From contig CAYVMD010000001.1 in NCBI GenBank assembly GCA_964452465.1, forward strand, positions 18,604 through 82,603: a stretch of DNA of 64,000 nucleotides. The letters are read 5' to 3'. Positions 1 to 8,549 of this stretch are shown piece after piece. Both the position numbers and the translations under genes were made by a program. Positions within the stretch are counted from its first letter, which is position 1, and each line of letters opens with the position of its first letter. The notes below the pieces were generated by a model. It was given only the letters and a program-made list of their open reading frames with translations, was not told where the DNA came from and made no database searches. Origin of the DNA: an uncultured bacterium (GTDB taxonomy: Bacteria > Armatimonadota > JACIXR01).

Positions 1-215
1 CGCTCAGCATCTGCTCCTCATTGCGATTTGCTTCTAAATACCCCTCTTTATATCTTTCTGCTATCTCCCGAGGCAAAAGGGAAGAGAGGAGGGAATTGCG
101 AGAATAGGGGGTGGTAGTGGGGAGGATGGCGAAATATGCCTCCTCCTGGAGGGTATGATGGGGCAGGGAGTTTCGCAACTTCTCACTTATTACTGCCCAG
201 TGCTCGTAGGACATG
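1..215 (-). CDS. Possible 5' part of a CDS running off the window start (N-terminus MSYEHWAVISEKLRNSLPHH...); hypothetical
   Basis: Open frame on the minus strand from ATG (complement of 213-215) to the window edge. Not in the ORF track because there is no stop in the window. No clear SD and no recognisable motif. Confidence 0.25.
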
Positions 216-260
216 CCATCGAAGACGAGGAGAAATATCTCTCCCTCCCCTTAACTTCAT

Positions 261-290
261 TTGAGGAAAGATTTTAAAATATTGTATAAT
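261..290 (+). promoter_or_regulatory. Putative sigma70-like promoter for the ttuA-like gene (TTGAGG-N18-TGTATAAT, extended -10)
   Basis: Read directly: ttgagg at 261-266, tgtataat at 283-290, ~150 nt upstream of the ATG at 445. Confidence 0.4.
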
Positions 291-444
291 TGTAAAGAAG
301 CCTGAAAAGGCTTATGGCGCAAGAAGTTTATTATTTTATCGCAAAAGATTGCTGAATTTTGGGAAGTCCTTATAGATCGGTCCTTCCGATATTTTGGCTT
401 TGAGTTTTCCGAGTTTTTTGGTTAAAATTATCCCTTGATGCGTC

Positions 445-1386
445 ATGGCGAAGTTCAGGTGCTCCGTCTGTAAAGGCGAAGCCTTCATCGATGTGCCCTA
501 TGCGAGGCAGAGCTTCTGCAGGGAGCATTTCCCCTCCTTCTTCCTCGCCCGGGTGAGGAACACCCTCTCCGATTGCGCCCGTCTCCTGCGGGACAAGAGG
601 ATACTCGTTGCGGTATCGGGCGGGAAGGATTCCCTCGCCCTCCTCCACTCCCTCTTCCACCTTAAAGAGGAGTTCCGATTCCAGATCCAGCCCCTCTTCC
701 TCAACCTCGCCTTCGGCACCAACGATGCGGAGGCGGAGGAGATATGCAGGGAGAATGCAAAACTCCTGGGGTTGGACCTCTTGGCGGTGAACGGGGCGGA
801 TGATATAAAGCGAAGGTATGGCATCATGCCCTTGGAGGTTGTGGAATCCTCCCCTCGTCCCTGTGGCGCCTGCGGGAACATCCGCCGATATTATCTCAAC
901 AAAATCGCCTATGAGGAGAATTACGATTTCATCGCCACAGGACACAATTTGGATGACGAACTCGCCTTCGCCCTCAAGTCGCTCTTCTCCAACGACATCT
1001 CCGTCCTCAAGGGAATGGGCGTCCTCCTTCCCCCTTCCGGCAAATTGGTGGGGAGGCTCAAGCCCCTCTACTTCCTCACCGAGGAGGAGACGCGGGCATA
1101 TATGGATTCCCAGGGCTTCCCCTATGATGCCAGGAAATGCCCCTTCTCCCAGGAGGCCAAGCAGGCATCCTTCAAGGAGCTTCTCAATCAATTTGCCCGG
1201 AGGAATCCCTCCGCCAAGATCATGCTCATGAGGTCCTTCCTCCAACTCTCCAAGTTCTTCCCCCAAGAGAAAATAGAGGGGACCTGCAGGATATGTGGCT
1301 TCCCCACTCCGGGGGAGGTTTGCGGTTTCTGTCGGATGATGGAGAGGAGGGGAAAGGGATTGGCGGAGTTGAGGGAGGAGATTTGA
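445..1386 (+). CDS. tRNA 2-thiolation PP-loop ATPase, TtuA/NcsA (TtcA) family
   Basis: PP-loop SGGKDS. N-terminal CxxC...C..H zinc finger (CSVCKGE...CREH) and C-terminal CxxC..CxxC (CRICGF..CGFC), typical of TtuA/NcsA. ATG at 445. Confidence 0.75.
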   Translation: MAKFRCSVCKGEAFIDVPYARQSFCREHFPSFFLARVRNTLSDCARLLRDKRILVAVSGGKDSLALLHSLFHLKEEFRFQIQPLFLNLAFGTNDAEAEEICRENAKLLGLDLLAVNGADDIKRRYGIMPLEVVESSPRPCGACGNIRRYYLNKIAYEENYDFIATGHNLDDELAFALKSLFSNDISVLKGMGVLLPPSGKLVGRLKPLYFLTEEETRAYMDSQGFPYDARKCPFSQEAKQASFKELLNQFARRNPSAKIMLMRSFLQLSKFFPQEKIEGTCRICGFPTPGEVCGFCRMMERRGKGLAELREEI

Positions 1387-2363
1387 GATTGGGCGCCAAG
1401 GCGGTCGTCCTCCTATCCGGCGGATTGGATAGCCTCCTCGTCCTCCATCTCCTGCGCCAGCAGGGGATAGAATGCATAGGGGTTCACTTCACCAGCCCCT
1501 TCTTCCGTTCCCCCTTGGTTCCTCGCATCGCCGAGGAGATGAGCATCCCCCTCTACGAGATAGACATCACGGATGAGGTCCTGGAACTGCTTAAATCCCC
1601 TCCCCACGGTTTCGGCTCCCAGATGAACCCCTGCATAGATTGCCATGCCCTCATGCTGAGGAAGGCAAGGGAATTGATGGAGGAGATAGGGGCTGATTTC
1701 GTCGCCACGGGGGAGGTGCTTGGGGAGCGTCCCTTCTCCCAAAATTTGCAATCCTTGAGGATAGTGGAGAGGGAGAGCGGGTTAGAGGGAAGGCTTCTGC
1801 GACCCCTTTCCGCCAAACTCATCCCTCCCACGCTCCCCGAGCAGGAGGGGCTGGTGGATAGGGAGAAGCTTTTGGATATAAAGGGAAGGGGTAGGAAAAG
1901 GCAGTTGGAATTGGCGGAATCCTTCGGATTGAAGGAGATCCCCACTCCCGCGGGAGGGTGTCTTCTCACCGATCCCGGCTTTAGTAAGCGCCTGCGTGAC
2001 CTCCTTGAGAACGGAGAATTATCCAGGGAGAATGTGGAACTATTGAAGATAGGTAGGCACTTCCGGCTGACGCCGGGGGTGAAGTTGGTGGTGGGAAGGA
2101 ACTTGAAGGAGAACGAGATGATTCGCCTTTCCTATCGGGAGGGGGATGCCCTCTTTGATTCCTTCAGCCATAAGGGACCGGATGCCCTCTTAAGGGGTAA
2201 ATTCTCGGAGGAGGATATAGAGCTCTCCGCCAGGATCGTCGCCCGCTACGCGGACCTTGAGGAAGGGGAGGCTTTGACGGTGAAGGTTAGGGTGGGGGAG
2301 GGGGAGCGATTCTTGACCGTCTCCCCTCTTTCCTGGGAGGATGTGGATAGTCTGAGGATCTAA
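1383..2363 (+). CDS. PP-loop ATPase resembling the ThiI AANH (sulfurtransferase) domain, without N-terminal THUMP (LarE/ThiI-like)
   Basis: SGGLDS PP-loop. NPCIDCH Cys pair. GEVLGERPFSQNLQSLRIVERESGL...LRPL resembles the ThiI/LarE core. No ATG in the 5' part of the frame. TTG at 1383 overlaps the ttuA stop as TTGA (alternative TTG at 1389). Confidence 0.6.
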   Translation: MRLGAKAVVLLSGGLDSLLVLHLLRQQGIECIGVHFTSPFFRSPLVPRIAEEMSIPLYEIDITDEVLELLKSPPHGFGSQMNPCIDCHALMLRKARELMEEIGADFVATGEVLGERPFSQNLQSLRIVERESGLEGRLLRPLSAKLIPPTLPEQEGLVDREKLLDIKGRGRKRQLELAESFGLKEIPTPAGGCLLTDPGFSKRLRDLLENGELSRENVELLKIGRHFRLTPGVKLVVGRNLKENEMIRLSYREGDALFDSFSHKGPDALLRGKFSEEDIELSARIVARYADLEEGEALTVKVRVGEGERFLTVSPLSWEDVDSLRI

Positions 2364-2368
2364 AAACA

Positions 2369-2397
2369 TTGCGAGAATCGTTTGAGTGGGGTATAAT
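2369..2397 (+). promoter_or_regulatory. Putative promoter TTGCGA-N17-TATAAT upstream of the prepilin-like gene
   Basis: ttgcga at 2369-2374 and tataat at 2392-2397, read directly. ~110 nt upstream of the GTG start at 2506. Confidence 0.45.
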
Positions 2398-2505
2398 AGG
2401 AATTGAAGGTGATGTAGATTGAGAGTCTAATGCTGAAGTGGGAGGAGACCCTTGCCTTCCCCCGGAAGGAGAGAGAGGGAATACGAACGAAAGGTGGTGT
2501 GTTAA

Positions 2506-3201
2506 GTGTTAAGGAAGAGAGGTTTTACCTTGATAGAATTGCTCGTCGTGATAGCGATCATCGCTATCTTGGCGGGCATACTTTTTCCGGTCTTCAGCAG
2601 GGCGCGGGAGCAGGCGAGGAAGGCGGTTTGCCTCAGCAATTTGAAGCAGATCGCGGAAGCCCTCCTCATGTACGCTCAAGATTGGGATGAGCATCTACCC
2701 TGCACTCCCTATTGGAAATGTGGTAGGGCGCAGAACGCTATCTACAGCCGATGGTATTATCTAATCTATACCTATGTTAAGAACCAGGACATATTTTTCT
2801 GCCCCACTGGGGCGACTGCGGGAGGTTGGCCTACGCCCCCAGGATGGAATGCCCAGCGCTTATCCTATGGGATGGGAAAGATCGCCCAATGTCATAACCA
2901 AGATCCCTATGAGGAGATCGGCTATAGTCTGGCGGAGTACCAACAGCCTGCCCAGAGCATCCTCGTCAGCGATGCCACCCACAATGGCGACGGAGCGTCC
3001 AGATGGGAGAAGGTGGCATATAGTGGTAGCACATTCTGCGGGGTGGGATGTCCTCCTCGTCCTATGACGCCGGATGACGCCAGGCATACGGGTGGCTCCA
3101 ACATAGCCTTCGTCGATGGGCATGTGAAATGGATGAGCGCTGATGCCATAAGGAGTTCCTGGAATGTAACTCTTTTCAGGGGGCGTTACGCTGGGGATTA
3201 A
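2506..3201 (+). CDS. Prepilin-type N-terminal cleavage/methylation domain protein with C-terminal H-X9-DG motif (DUF1559 family)
   Basis: GTG start. N-terminus MLRKRG|[16 protein letters not shown] is a class III signal. C-terminal [13 protein letters not shown] matches H-X9-DG. This family is expanded in Planctomycetota, Verrucomicrobiota and Armatimonadota. Confidence 0.85.
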   Translation: MLRKRGFTLIELLVVIAIIAILAGILFPVFSRAREQARKAVCLSNLKQIAEALLMYAQDWDEHLPCTPYWKCGRAQNAIYSRWYYLIYTYVKNQDIFFCPTGATAGGWPTPPGWNAQRLSYGMGKIAQCHNQDPYEEIGYSLAEYQQPAQSILVSDATHNGDGASRWEKVAYSGSTFCGVGCPPRPMTPDDARHTGGSNIAFVDGHVKWMSADAIRSSWNVTLFRGRYAGD

Positions 3202-3203
3202 GG

Positions 3204-4241
3204 ATGGGAGGCGAATACGGGCAGGGGAAGGCGATAATCTTCCTGAGACCGAGAGAAGTAGCGGTAAAAGAGATAAGGCTGGCGGAAGTTGACGAGGAGA
3301 CGATCGTAGTTAGGACGAAATATAGCGGGATCTCCTCGGGCACGGAGATGGCGGTTTACGGCGGACAGGCAGGAGGAGAAGGGGTATGGTATCCCTGCGT
3401 TCCTGGCTATGAGGAAGTAGGCGAGGTTGTGTATGTTGGATCCAGGGCTTTCAAGAGCAATACGGGGGAGGAATTCAGGGTGGGGGATAGGGTGATGGCG
3501 AACGAGGTTCGCTATTACCCCGACTACTGCTCCGCCTGGGGAGGACAGTGCCAATACGCCATCAAGAATCCCCGCACAAGCCCCGCTTTGATGGACAGAC
3601 CCGCCAAGATCCCCGAGAATGTCTCATATCAGGAGGCAGTCGTTGCCTATCTCGCCTGCGTGGCGAAGAAGGGAGTGGACATGGTGGGGATAAACCCCGG
3701 GGAGAGCGTGCTCGTCATAGGGATGGGGAATGTAGGGCTCTCCGCCGTCCAACTATGCCTGCTCTATGGGGCAGGGCGGGTGATCGCGGGCGATGTTAAC
3801 GAGACCCGCCTCAAACTCGCCGGGAAATACACCCCTTATCTCCTCGACATGCGTGCTCCCAGGGTGGAGAAAACCCTCCTGGATCTGAACGATGGGAAGC
3901 CAGTGGATGTGGTGATCGAAGCCAGCGGAAACCCCTCCGTGGTGAACCGACTTCCAAATTTCCTAAGATATGGAGGCAGGATCCACCTCCTCGGACAATA
4001 TAGGGAGCCCGTCGTCATCACCGATTACGCCCGCTTCAACAATAGGGACCTGCGCATCTCCTGCTCCATAGCCCTCAATCCAGGGGATAAGGAGGCTATC
4101 CTAAGATTGATCTCCGAGGGGAAATTCGACGCTAAATCCCTCTACACTAAGGAATACGCCGTCGATGACGCGGACAAAGCATACAAGGACTTGGAGGAAA
4201 ACAGGCTCGACATCCTGAAGATCCTTTTCAGATGGGAGTGA
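3204..4241 (+). CDS. Zinc-dependent alcohol/polyol dehydrogenase, MDR superfamily
   Basis: GroES-like N-domain with a Cys/His region (CVPGYEEVGEV). Rossmann GxGxxG (VIGMGNVGL). ~345 aa. Confidence 0.7.
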   Translation: MGGEYGQGKAIIFLRPREVAVKEIRLAEVDEETIVVRTKYSGISSGTEMAVYGGQAGGEGVWYPCVPGYEEVGEVVYVGSRAFKSNTGEEFRVGDRVMANEVRYYPDYCSAWGGQCQYAIKNPRTSPALMDRPAKIPENVSYQEAVVAYLACVAKKGVDMVGINPGESVLVIGMGNVGLSAVQLCLLYGAGRVIAGDVNETRLKLAGKYTPYLLDMRAPRVEKTLLDLNDGKPVDVVIEASGNPSVVNRLPNFLRYGGRIHLLGQYREPVVITDYARFNNRDLRISCSIALNPGDKEAILRLISEGKFDAKSLYTKEYAVDDADKAYKDLEENRLDILKILFRWE

Positions 4242-4245
4242 GGAG

Positions 4246-4992
4246 ATGAATAATCCGATAACCTCTTCGCCCTGGGGCTTCAGGTTCTATACCCCGGGAA
4301 GATACATGGATTTTCTGAAGAAGATCGGGATCGGTGAGATCTGCACGATGTTCGGGAGGGAATTCCCCCTTTCCCTCCCTCCCGAGAGGAAGGAAACGGA
4401 GGAATTCAGGAGGATGGCGGAGGACAAGGGGGTTAAGGTCATAGAGGTAGCGACGACCATGGATTACAAGAAGGAGCTCCCTTTAGCGGGTTTGTTGGGA
4501 GCGAAGTATTTTCGGGTCTGCACCGTATGGGAGGATACAACGGAGACCTTTGCTGAGGTCGTCCTACTGTTGAAGGATATAGGGAAGATGGCGGAGGATT
4601 TCGGATTGACCGTAATCGTGGAGAACCACGGCGGTCTCATGACTAAGGCTTCAACCTGCCGAAGGCTGTTTGAGGAAGTGGGGCGAGAGAATGTGAAGCT
4701 CAACTACGATCCCGCCAATTTCCTTTATTTTGGAGAAGATCCCCTCTCCGCCTGTAGCGAGCTCCTCTTCTTCATCGGCTTCACCCATCTCAAGAGCGTG
4801 AAATACGAGGAAGGAAAGCCCAGATATTGCCGGTTAAAGGAAGGCGTCATCGACTATAAGGGAATCCTCTCCCGCCTCCTCCCTGCCTATTCGGGCTACC
4901 TCGGTTTGGAATACGAAGAGCCCTCCGATGTGGAGGAGGGAACGCTCGACGATTTAAACTATTTAAAGCAGGTCCTCGCTCAAGCGCTCTAA
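4246..4992 (+). CDS. Sugar phosphate isomerase/epimerase (xylose isomerase-like TIM barrel)
   Basis: VENHGG motif, ~248 aa TIM-barrel pattern. 4-nt spacing to the preceding gene. Overlaps the convergent GH1 gene by 4 nt. Confidence 0.6.
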   Translation: MNNPITSSPWGFRFYTPGRYMDFLKKIGIGEICTMFGREFPLSLPPERKETEEFRRMAEDKGVKVIEVATTMDYKKELPLAGLLGAKYFRVCTVWEDTTETFAEVVLLLKDIGKMAEDFGLTVIVENHGGLMTKASTCRRLFEEVGRENVKLNYDPANFLYFGEDPLSACSELLFFIGFTHLKSVKYEEGKPRYCRLKEGVIDYKGILSRLLPAYSGYLGLEYEEPSDVEEGTLDDLNYLKQVLAQAL

Positions 4993-6329
4993 GGACGCAC
5001 CCCGCCCTGGGCAATTACCTCTTTGAACCAGAGGGCGCTGTCCTTCATTATGCGTTTTTGGGTGGGATAGTCCACATAGACGATGCCGAAGCGTTTGGTA
5101 TAGCCGTGCGCCCACTCGAAGTTGTCCATCAACGACCAAACGAAATAACCCTTCAGCCTTATGCCATCCTGAATCGCCCTGTGCGCCTGGATGAAGTGTT
5201 CCTTCAGGTAGTTCAACCTCTTTTCATCGTGCACCCGTCCGTCCGCTACCTCGTCGCGGAAAGCTGCGCCGTTCTCGGTGATGTATATCTTAGGGGGATT
5301 GTAATCGTCCTGCACCCTCTTCATTATCTCGTATATGCCGGGAGGATAGATCTCCCAGCCCATCTCGGTGTATTCCGCTCCCTCAACGCCCACTCCCCTC
5401 GCCTGCAGGGGTCCTGCCTGAGGGTCATACTTCATCACACTGCGGGAATAGTAGTTTATGCCTAGGAAATCTATCCTCCTGCTTATAATTGCCATGTCCC
5501 TCGGCTCAACGCGGGGAAGCCCCCTGAATATCTCCAAGATATCCTCGGGGTAGGCACCTCGGAAGAGGGGATCGAGGAACCAGCGGTTGAGGAAGCCATC
5601 GTGGCGCCAAGCGGAGAGCTTGTCCTCCTCGCTATCCGTGGCGGGATGAACGGGGGAGAGGTTGAGGGTTATCCCCACCTCGCTCTGGGGGCTCAGATCC
5701 CTCAGGACCTCAACCGCCAGCCCATGGGAGAGCAATAAGTGATGGGATACCTGGATAGCCACCTTCTCGTTCCTGATGCCGGGGGCGTGCTCACCCCAGC
5801 CATAGCCTATCCAGGCTACGACCCAGGGCTCGTTGTGGGTTATCCAGTGCTTAACCCTGTCGCCCAACCTGTGGGCGACGACCGCTGTATAATCAGCGAA
5901 GTAGAAAGCTGTGTCCCTCCGCGCCCAGCCTCCCTCATCCTGCAGGGCTTGAGGCAGATCCCAGTGGTAGAGGGTGATGAAGGGCTGGATGTTGTTTTGG
6001 AGGAGGGCATCGACGAGGCGGTCGTAGAAGTCGAGACCTTTGGGGTTGATTCGTCCCTTCCCCTCGGGAAGGATGCGAGGCCAGGAGAGGGAGAAGCGGT
6101 AGGCGTTTAGCCCTATCTCCTTCATAAGTTGGACATCCTCCTGCCAGCGGTGGTAATGGTCGCAGGCGACATCCCCCGTTGAACCATCCGCGATCTTCCC
6201 TTGGGTGTGGGAGAAGGTATCCCATATGGAGAGACCTTTGCCATCCTCGTTCCAACCTCCCTCAATCTGATAGGAGGCGGTAGCACATCCCCAATAGAAA
6301 TCCTTGGGAAAAGCGAGCAACTCAGCCAT
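4989..6329 (-). CDS. GH1 beta-glucosidase
   Basis: N-terminus FPKDFYWGCATASYQIEGG. Catalytic acid in the NEP region (TLYHWDLP...HNEPW). Nucleophile motif ITENG. 446 aa. Confidence 0.92.
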   Translation of the reverse strand: MAELLAFPKDFYWGCATASYQIEGGWNEDGKGLSIWDTFSHTQGKIADGSTGDVACDHYHRWQEDVQLMKEIGLNAYRFSLSWPRILPEGKGRINPKGLDFYDRLVDALLQNNIQPFITLYHWDLPQALQDEGGWARRDTAFYFADYTAVVAHRLGDRVKHWITHNEPWVVAWIGYGWGEHAPGIRNEKVAIQVSHHLLLSHGLAVEVLRDLSPQSEVGITLNLSPVHPATDSEEDKLSAWRHDGFLNRWFLDPLFRGAYPEDILEIFRGLPRVEPRDMAIISRRIDFLGINYYSRSVMKYDPQAGPLQARGVGVEGAEYTEMGWEIYPPGIYEIMKRVQDDYNPPKIYITENGAAFRDEVADGRVHDEKRLNYLKEHFIQAHRAIQDGIRLKGYFVWSLMDNFEWAHGYTKRFGIVYVDYPTQKRIMKDSALWFKEVIAQGGVRP

Positions 6330-6399
6330 ATGATTCCCTCCTTTCTGATATATTTTAGGATTTCAGAGAGAGGAGAGAAAGATTTTCGATGGTTTTTCG

Positions 6400-6653
6400 G
6401 GTCATTTTAGGGATCTCGAGAAGGAACGGCAATTCGCCTTTTTCCTCAAAATAAAATCTATTTGAAATTGATAAGGCTCTTCCCCTCTGGTCCATCCTGC
6501 ACTGGGTTTTAAACCATATTGAATAGTTTGCGCCCATATCACGAATGGCTCTCCCACTCCTATCTTGGAGGACATCTCGCGGATTTTTGGTTCTCTAATC
6601 GGACGCGCGACCGGAGGGAGCGTGCCCTCCTCGTTTGCCGGAGGCAAACGAGG
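6400..6653 (+). repeat. Mosaic palindromic intergenic element, copy B (modules M1, Y, X), upstream of the rpmH promoter
   Basis: M1 (~6400-6470, ...cgcctttttcctcaaaataaaatc), Y hairpin (~6525-6576) and X perfect palindrome (cctcgtttgcc gga ggcaaacgagg, 6629-6653) are all homologous to segments at 47169-47403. Confidence 0.6.
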
Positions 6654-6699
6654 AAACAACTTCTTTTTGAATAGATCGTTTTTGGGGAAGCTCCTTTGC

Positions 6700-6729
6700 T
6701 TGACTTTCCCTGGATAGAGAAGATATAAT
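6700..6729 (+). promoter_or_regulatory. Putative rpmH promoter (TTGACT-N18-TATAAT)
   Basis: ttgact at 6700-6705 and tataat at 6724-6729, ~37 nt upstream of the rpmH ATG. Confidence 0.45.
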
Positions 6730-6765
6730 TTATATTCGACTTGTTGGAGCAAGGACGGTGAACCG

Positions 6766-6897
6766 ATGAGATTAATAAAACTAAAGAGGAGAAAGAGAAA
6801 AAGGACGCATGGCTTCCTCGCCCGCATGAGCACGAGGGGCGGGCGGAGGATTATAAAGCTCCGGAGATTGAAAGGACGTTGGAGGCTCACTGCTTGA
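6766..6897 (+). CDS. rpmH: 50S ribosomal protein L34
   Basis: Hand translation gives [43 protein letters not shown] (43 aa), with the L34 hallmark KRTxxxHGFxxRM. Absent from the ORF track because it is shorter than 60 aa. Lies directly upstream of rnpA. Confidence 0.9.
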   Translation: MRLIKLKRRKRKRTHGFLARMSTRGGRRIIKLRRLKGRWRLTA

Positions 6898-7238
6898 CCC
6901 TTCCTCGGGAGAATCGGCTTCGCTGGGAGAAAGCGATCCAAGAGGTCCTGCGGAAGGGGAAACGTAGAAGGGGCTCATTTTTTGTGCTCTATTATCTTCC
7001 CGTGGAAGGACCTCCTAAATTGGCGGTTGCCGTGCGGAAGAGGAAAAGCGCGGTGGAGAGAAACAGGATTAAGAGGCTCTTAAAGGAAGCGTGGCGCCTT
7101 CTTATCCCCCGCTTAAGGAATTGTTGGTATTTCCTCGTTGCCCAAAACGACCAGGAGTGGAACTTTTGGCGAGTAAAAGAGGAATTGGAGAGGATTTTGC
7201 AGAAGGAGGACTTGCTTTTGAATGGAGAAGGCGATTAG
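6879..7238 (+). CDS. rnpA: Ribonuclease P protein component
   Basis: [16 protein letters not shown]...[13 protein letters not shown] matches RnpA. The frame opens with TTG at 6879. An alternative TTG at 6894 overlaps the rpmH stop as TTGA. Confidence 0.85.
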   Translation: MEAHCLTLPRENRLRWEKAIQEVLRKGKRRRGSFFVLYYLPVEGPPKLAVAVRKRKSAVERNRIKRLLKEAWRLLIPRLRNCWYFLVAQNDQEWNFWRVKEELERILQKEDLLLNGEGD

Positions 7239-7452
7239 AGCCCTGGCTGTGGGCATCATTAGATTATATCAACTCCTCTCCTCGCCTTTCCCTCCATCTT
7301 GTCGCTTCGTGCCCTCCTGTTCCCATTATGCGATAGAGGCGATTCAAAAGCATGGCGTTCTGCGGGGAGGATGGCTTTCCCTTAAGCGTATATTCCGCTG
7401 CCATCCCTTTAACCCCGGAGGATACGACCCCGTCCCCGAGGGAAAAAGATGA
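7222..7452 (+). CDS. yidD: Membrane protein insertion efficiency factor YidD
   Basis: [19 protein letters not shown]...[14 protein letters not shown] is the YidD signature. ATG at 7222. Overlaps rnpA and yidC. Confidence 0.92.
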   Translation: MEKAIRALAVGIIRLYQLLSSPFPPSCRFVPSCSHYAIEAIQKHGVLRGGWLSLKRIFRCHPFNPGGYDPVPEGKR

Positions 7453-8522
7453 AGAGGCAAAGCCAAACCGGTTGTTTAATCCTCTTGGTGTTCACTTTCA
7501 TCGTGCTGATACTCCCTACCTTCTTCTATCGTCCTCAACCTCCCCCTCCCATCCCCGAGGAGGAGGTGGCAAAGATGTTCGAGGAAGCGCAGAAATTGGA
7601 GCAGGAAAAGAGTGCCCTACACCTCCTCGATGCCATAAAGAAATACGAGGAAATAACCAAGGGATATCCCCACAGCCAATTCGCCCCCCAGGCTCTTCTG
7701 AGGATAGCGGAGATATACCAATACCGCCTTAATCAGCCTCAGGAGGCGAGCAAATACTATACCCGTTTGGAGCAACCTCCCTATAAGGACATGGAATTGG
7801 AGATAGAGGAGGAAGGAAGGAAGATAACGCTCACCGCCAACGAGATAGCCCTTCGTCGGCTGGACGAGATCAATAGGAACTACCTCACCTATAAGATGAT
7901 GGACGCCCTGGTGCGATTCTGCGGTAAGAATCCTTCCTATAGTTATGTCCTCGCCATCGTCCTCCTCGTCATCTTGATGAAGGTGCCCCTCCTCCCCCTT
8001 ACCAATGCCCAATTCACCCACATGAAGAAGATGCAGGACATCCAACCTCTCATCGTGGAGATCCAAAAGAAGTACAAGAACGATCCAAAGAGGCTACAGA
8101 AGGAAACGGTGGAACTCTTCAAAGAGCACAAGGTGAACCCCTTCTCCGGGTGCTTCCTCACCTTGATCCAGTGGCCGATCTACTTCCTGCCCTACTTCAT
8201 GATTCGCGTTTATGCCTATCAATTCAACAAGGTTGGCTTCCTATGGGTGAAGAGCCTTGCCCATCCCGATTTCATCCTCTTCGGGCTTTACATGGTTACT
8301 CTCATAGTTTCCATGTGGCTTACCTCTCCCTCCGATCCCCAGCAGAAGCAACAGAGCATGATGATGTCCCTTATGATGCTCTTTTTCTTCATCATGTTCT
8401 TCCGCTTTCTCCCTTCCGCTTTCATTTTGTATTGGCTCCTTTTGAATGTCTCAACGACGGTTCAGCAATGGCTGATAATGAGGAAGAAGAAGCCCATCGC
8501 TGGGATAAAGCCCGGGAAATAG
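7449..8522 (+). CDS. yidC: Membrane protein insertase YidC
   Basis: Multi-TM C-terminal core with the YidC/Oxa1 pattern ([17 protein letters not shown]..., [17 protein letters not shown]). Canonical position after yidD. Confidence 0.85.
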   Translation: MKRQSQTGCLILLVFTFIVLILPTFFYRPQPPPPIPEEEVAKMFEEAQKLEQEKSALHLLDAIKKYEEITKGYPHSQFAPQALLRIAEIYQYRLNQPQEASKYYTRLEQPPYKDMELEIEEEGRKITLTANEIALRRLDEINRNYLTYKMMDALVRFCGKNPSYSYVLAIVLLVILMKVPLLPLTNAQFTHMKKMQDIQPLIVEIQKKYKNDPKRLQKETVELFKEHKVNPFSGCFLTLIQWPIYFLPYFMIRVYAYQFNKVGFLWVKSLAHPDFILFGLYMVTLIVSMWLTSPSDPQQKQQSMMMSLMMLFFFIMFFRFLPSAFILYWLLLNVSTTVQQWLIMRKKKPIAGIKPGK

Positions 8523-8549
8523 GCTGGTTTTCATAAGGGAGGCTGAAAA

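Noticed and set aside
370-1266. A 298-aa minus-strand ORF antisense to the ttuA-like gene
   Set aside because: It lies fully antisense to a gene with strong motifs and has low-complexity, G/E/L-rich composition. It is a typical GC-rich antisense artefact. The same applies to 12297-13046(-), 42528-43439(-), 52682-54040(-), 58331-59107(-), 60692-61831(-) and the many 60-150 aa overlapping ORFs.
1137-1382. The N-terminal 82 codons of the 1137-2363 ORF
   Set aside because: This part overlaps the ttuA-like 3' end in another frame and contains no ATG. The PP-loop domain begins right after the TTG at 1383, so the real gene is taken as 1383-2363.
2430-2690. An 86-aa + ORF overlapping the start of the prepilin-like gene
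   Set aside because: It is out of frame with the strongly supported prepilin-like CDS and lies in its 5' UTR and promoter. No motif supports it.
6402-6941. A 179-aa minus-strand ORF spanning the bglA-rpmH intergenic region
   Set aside because: It overlaps rpmH and the repeat element, has no motif and no SD, and the region is better explained by repeat modules plus the rpmH promoter.
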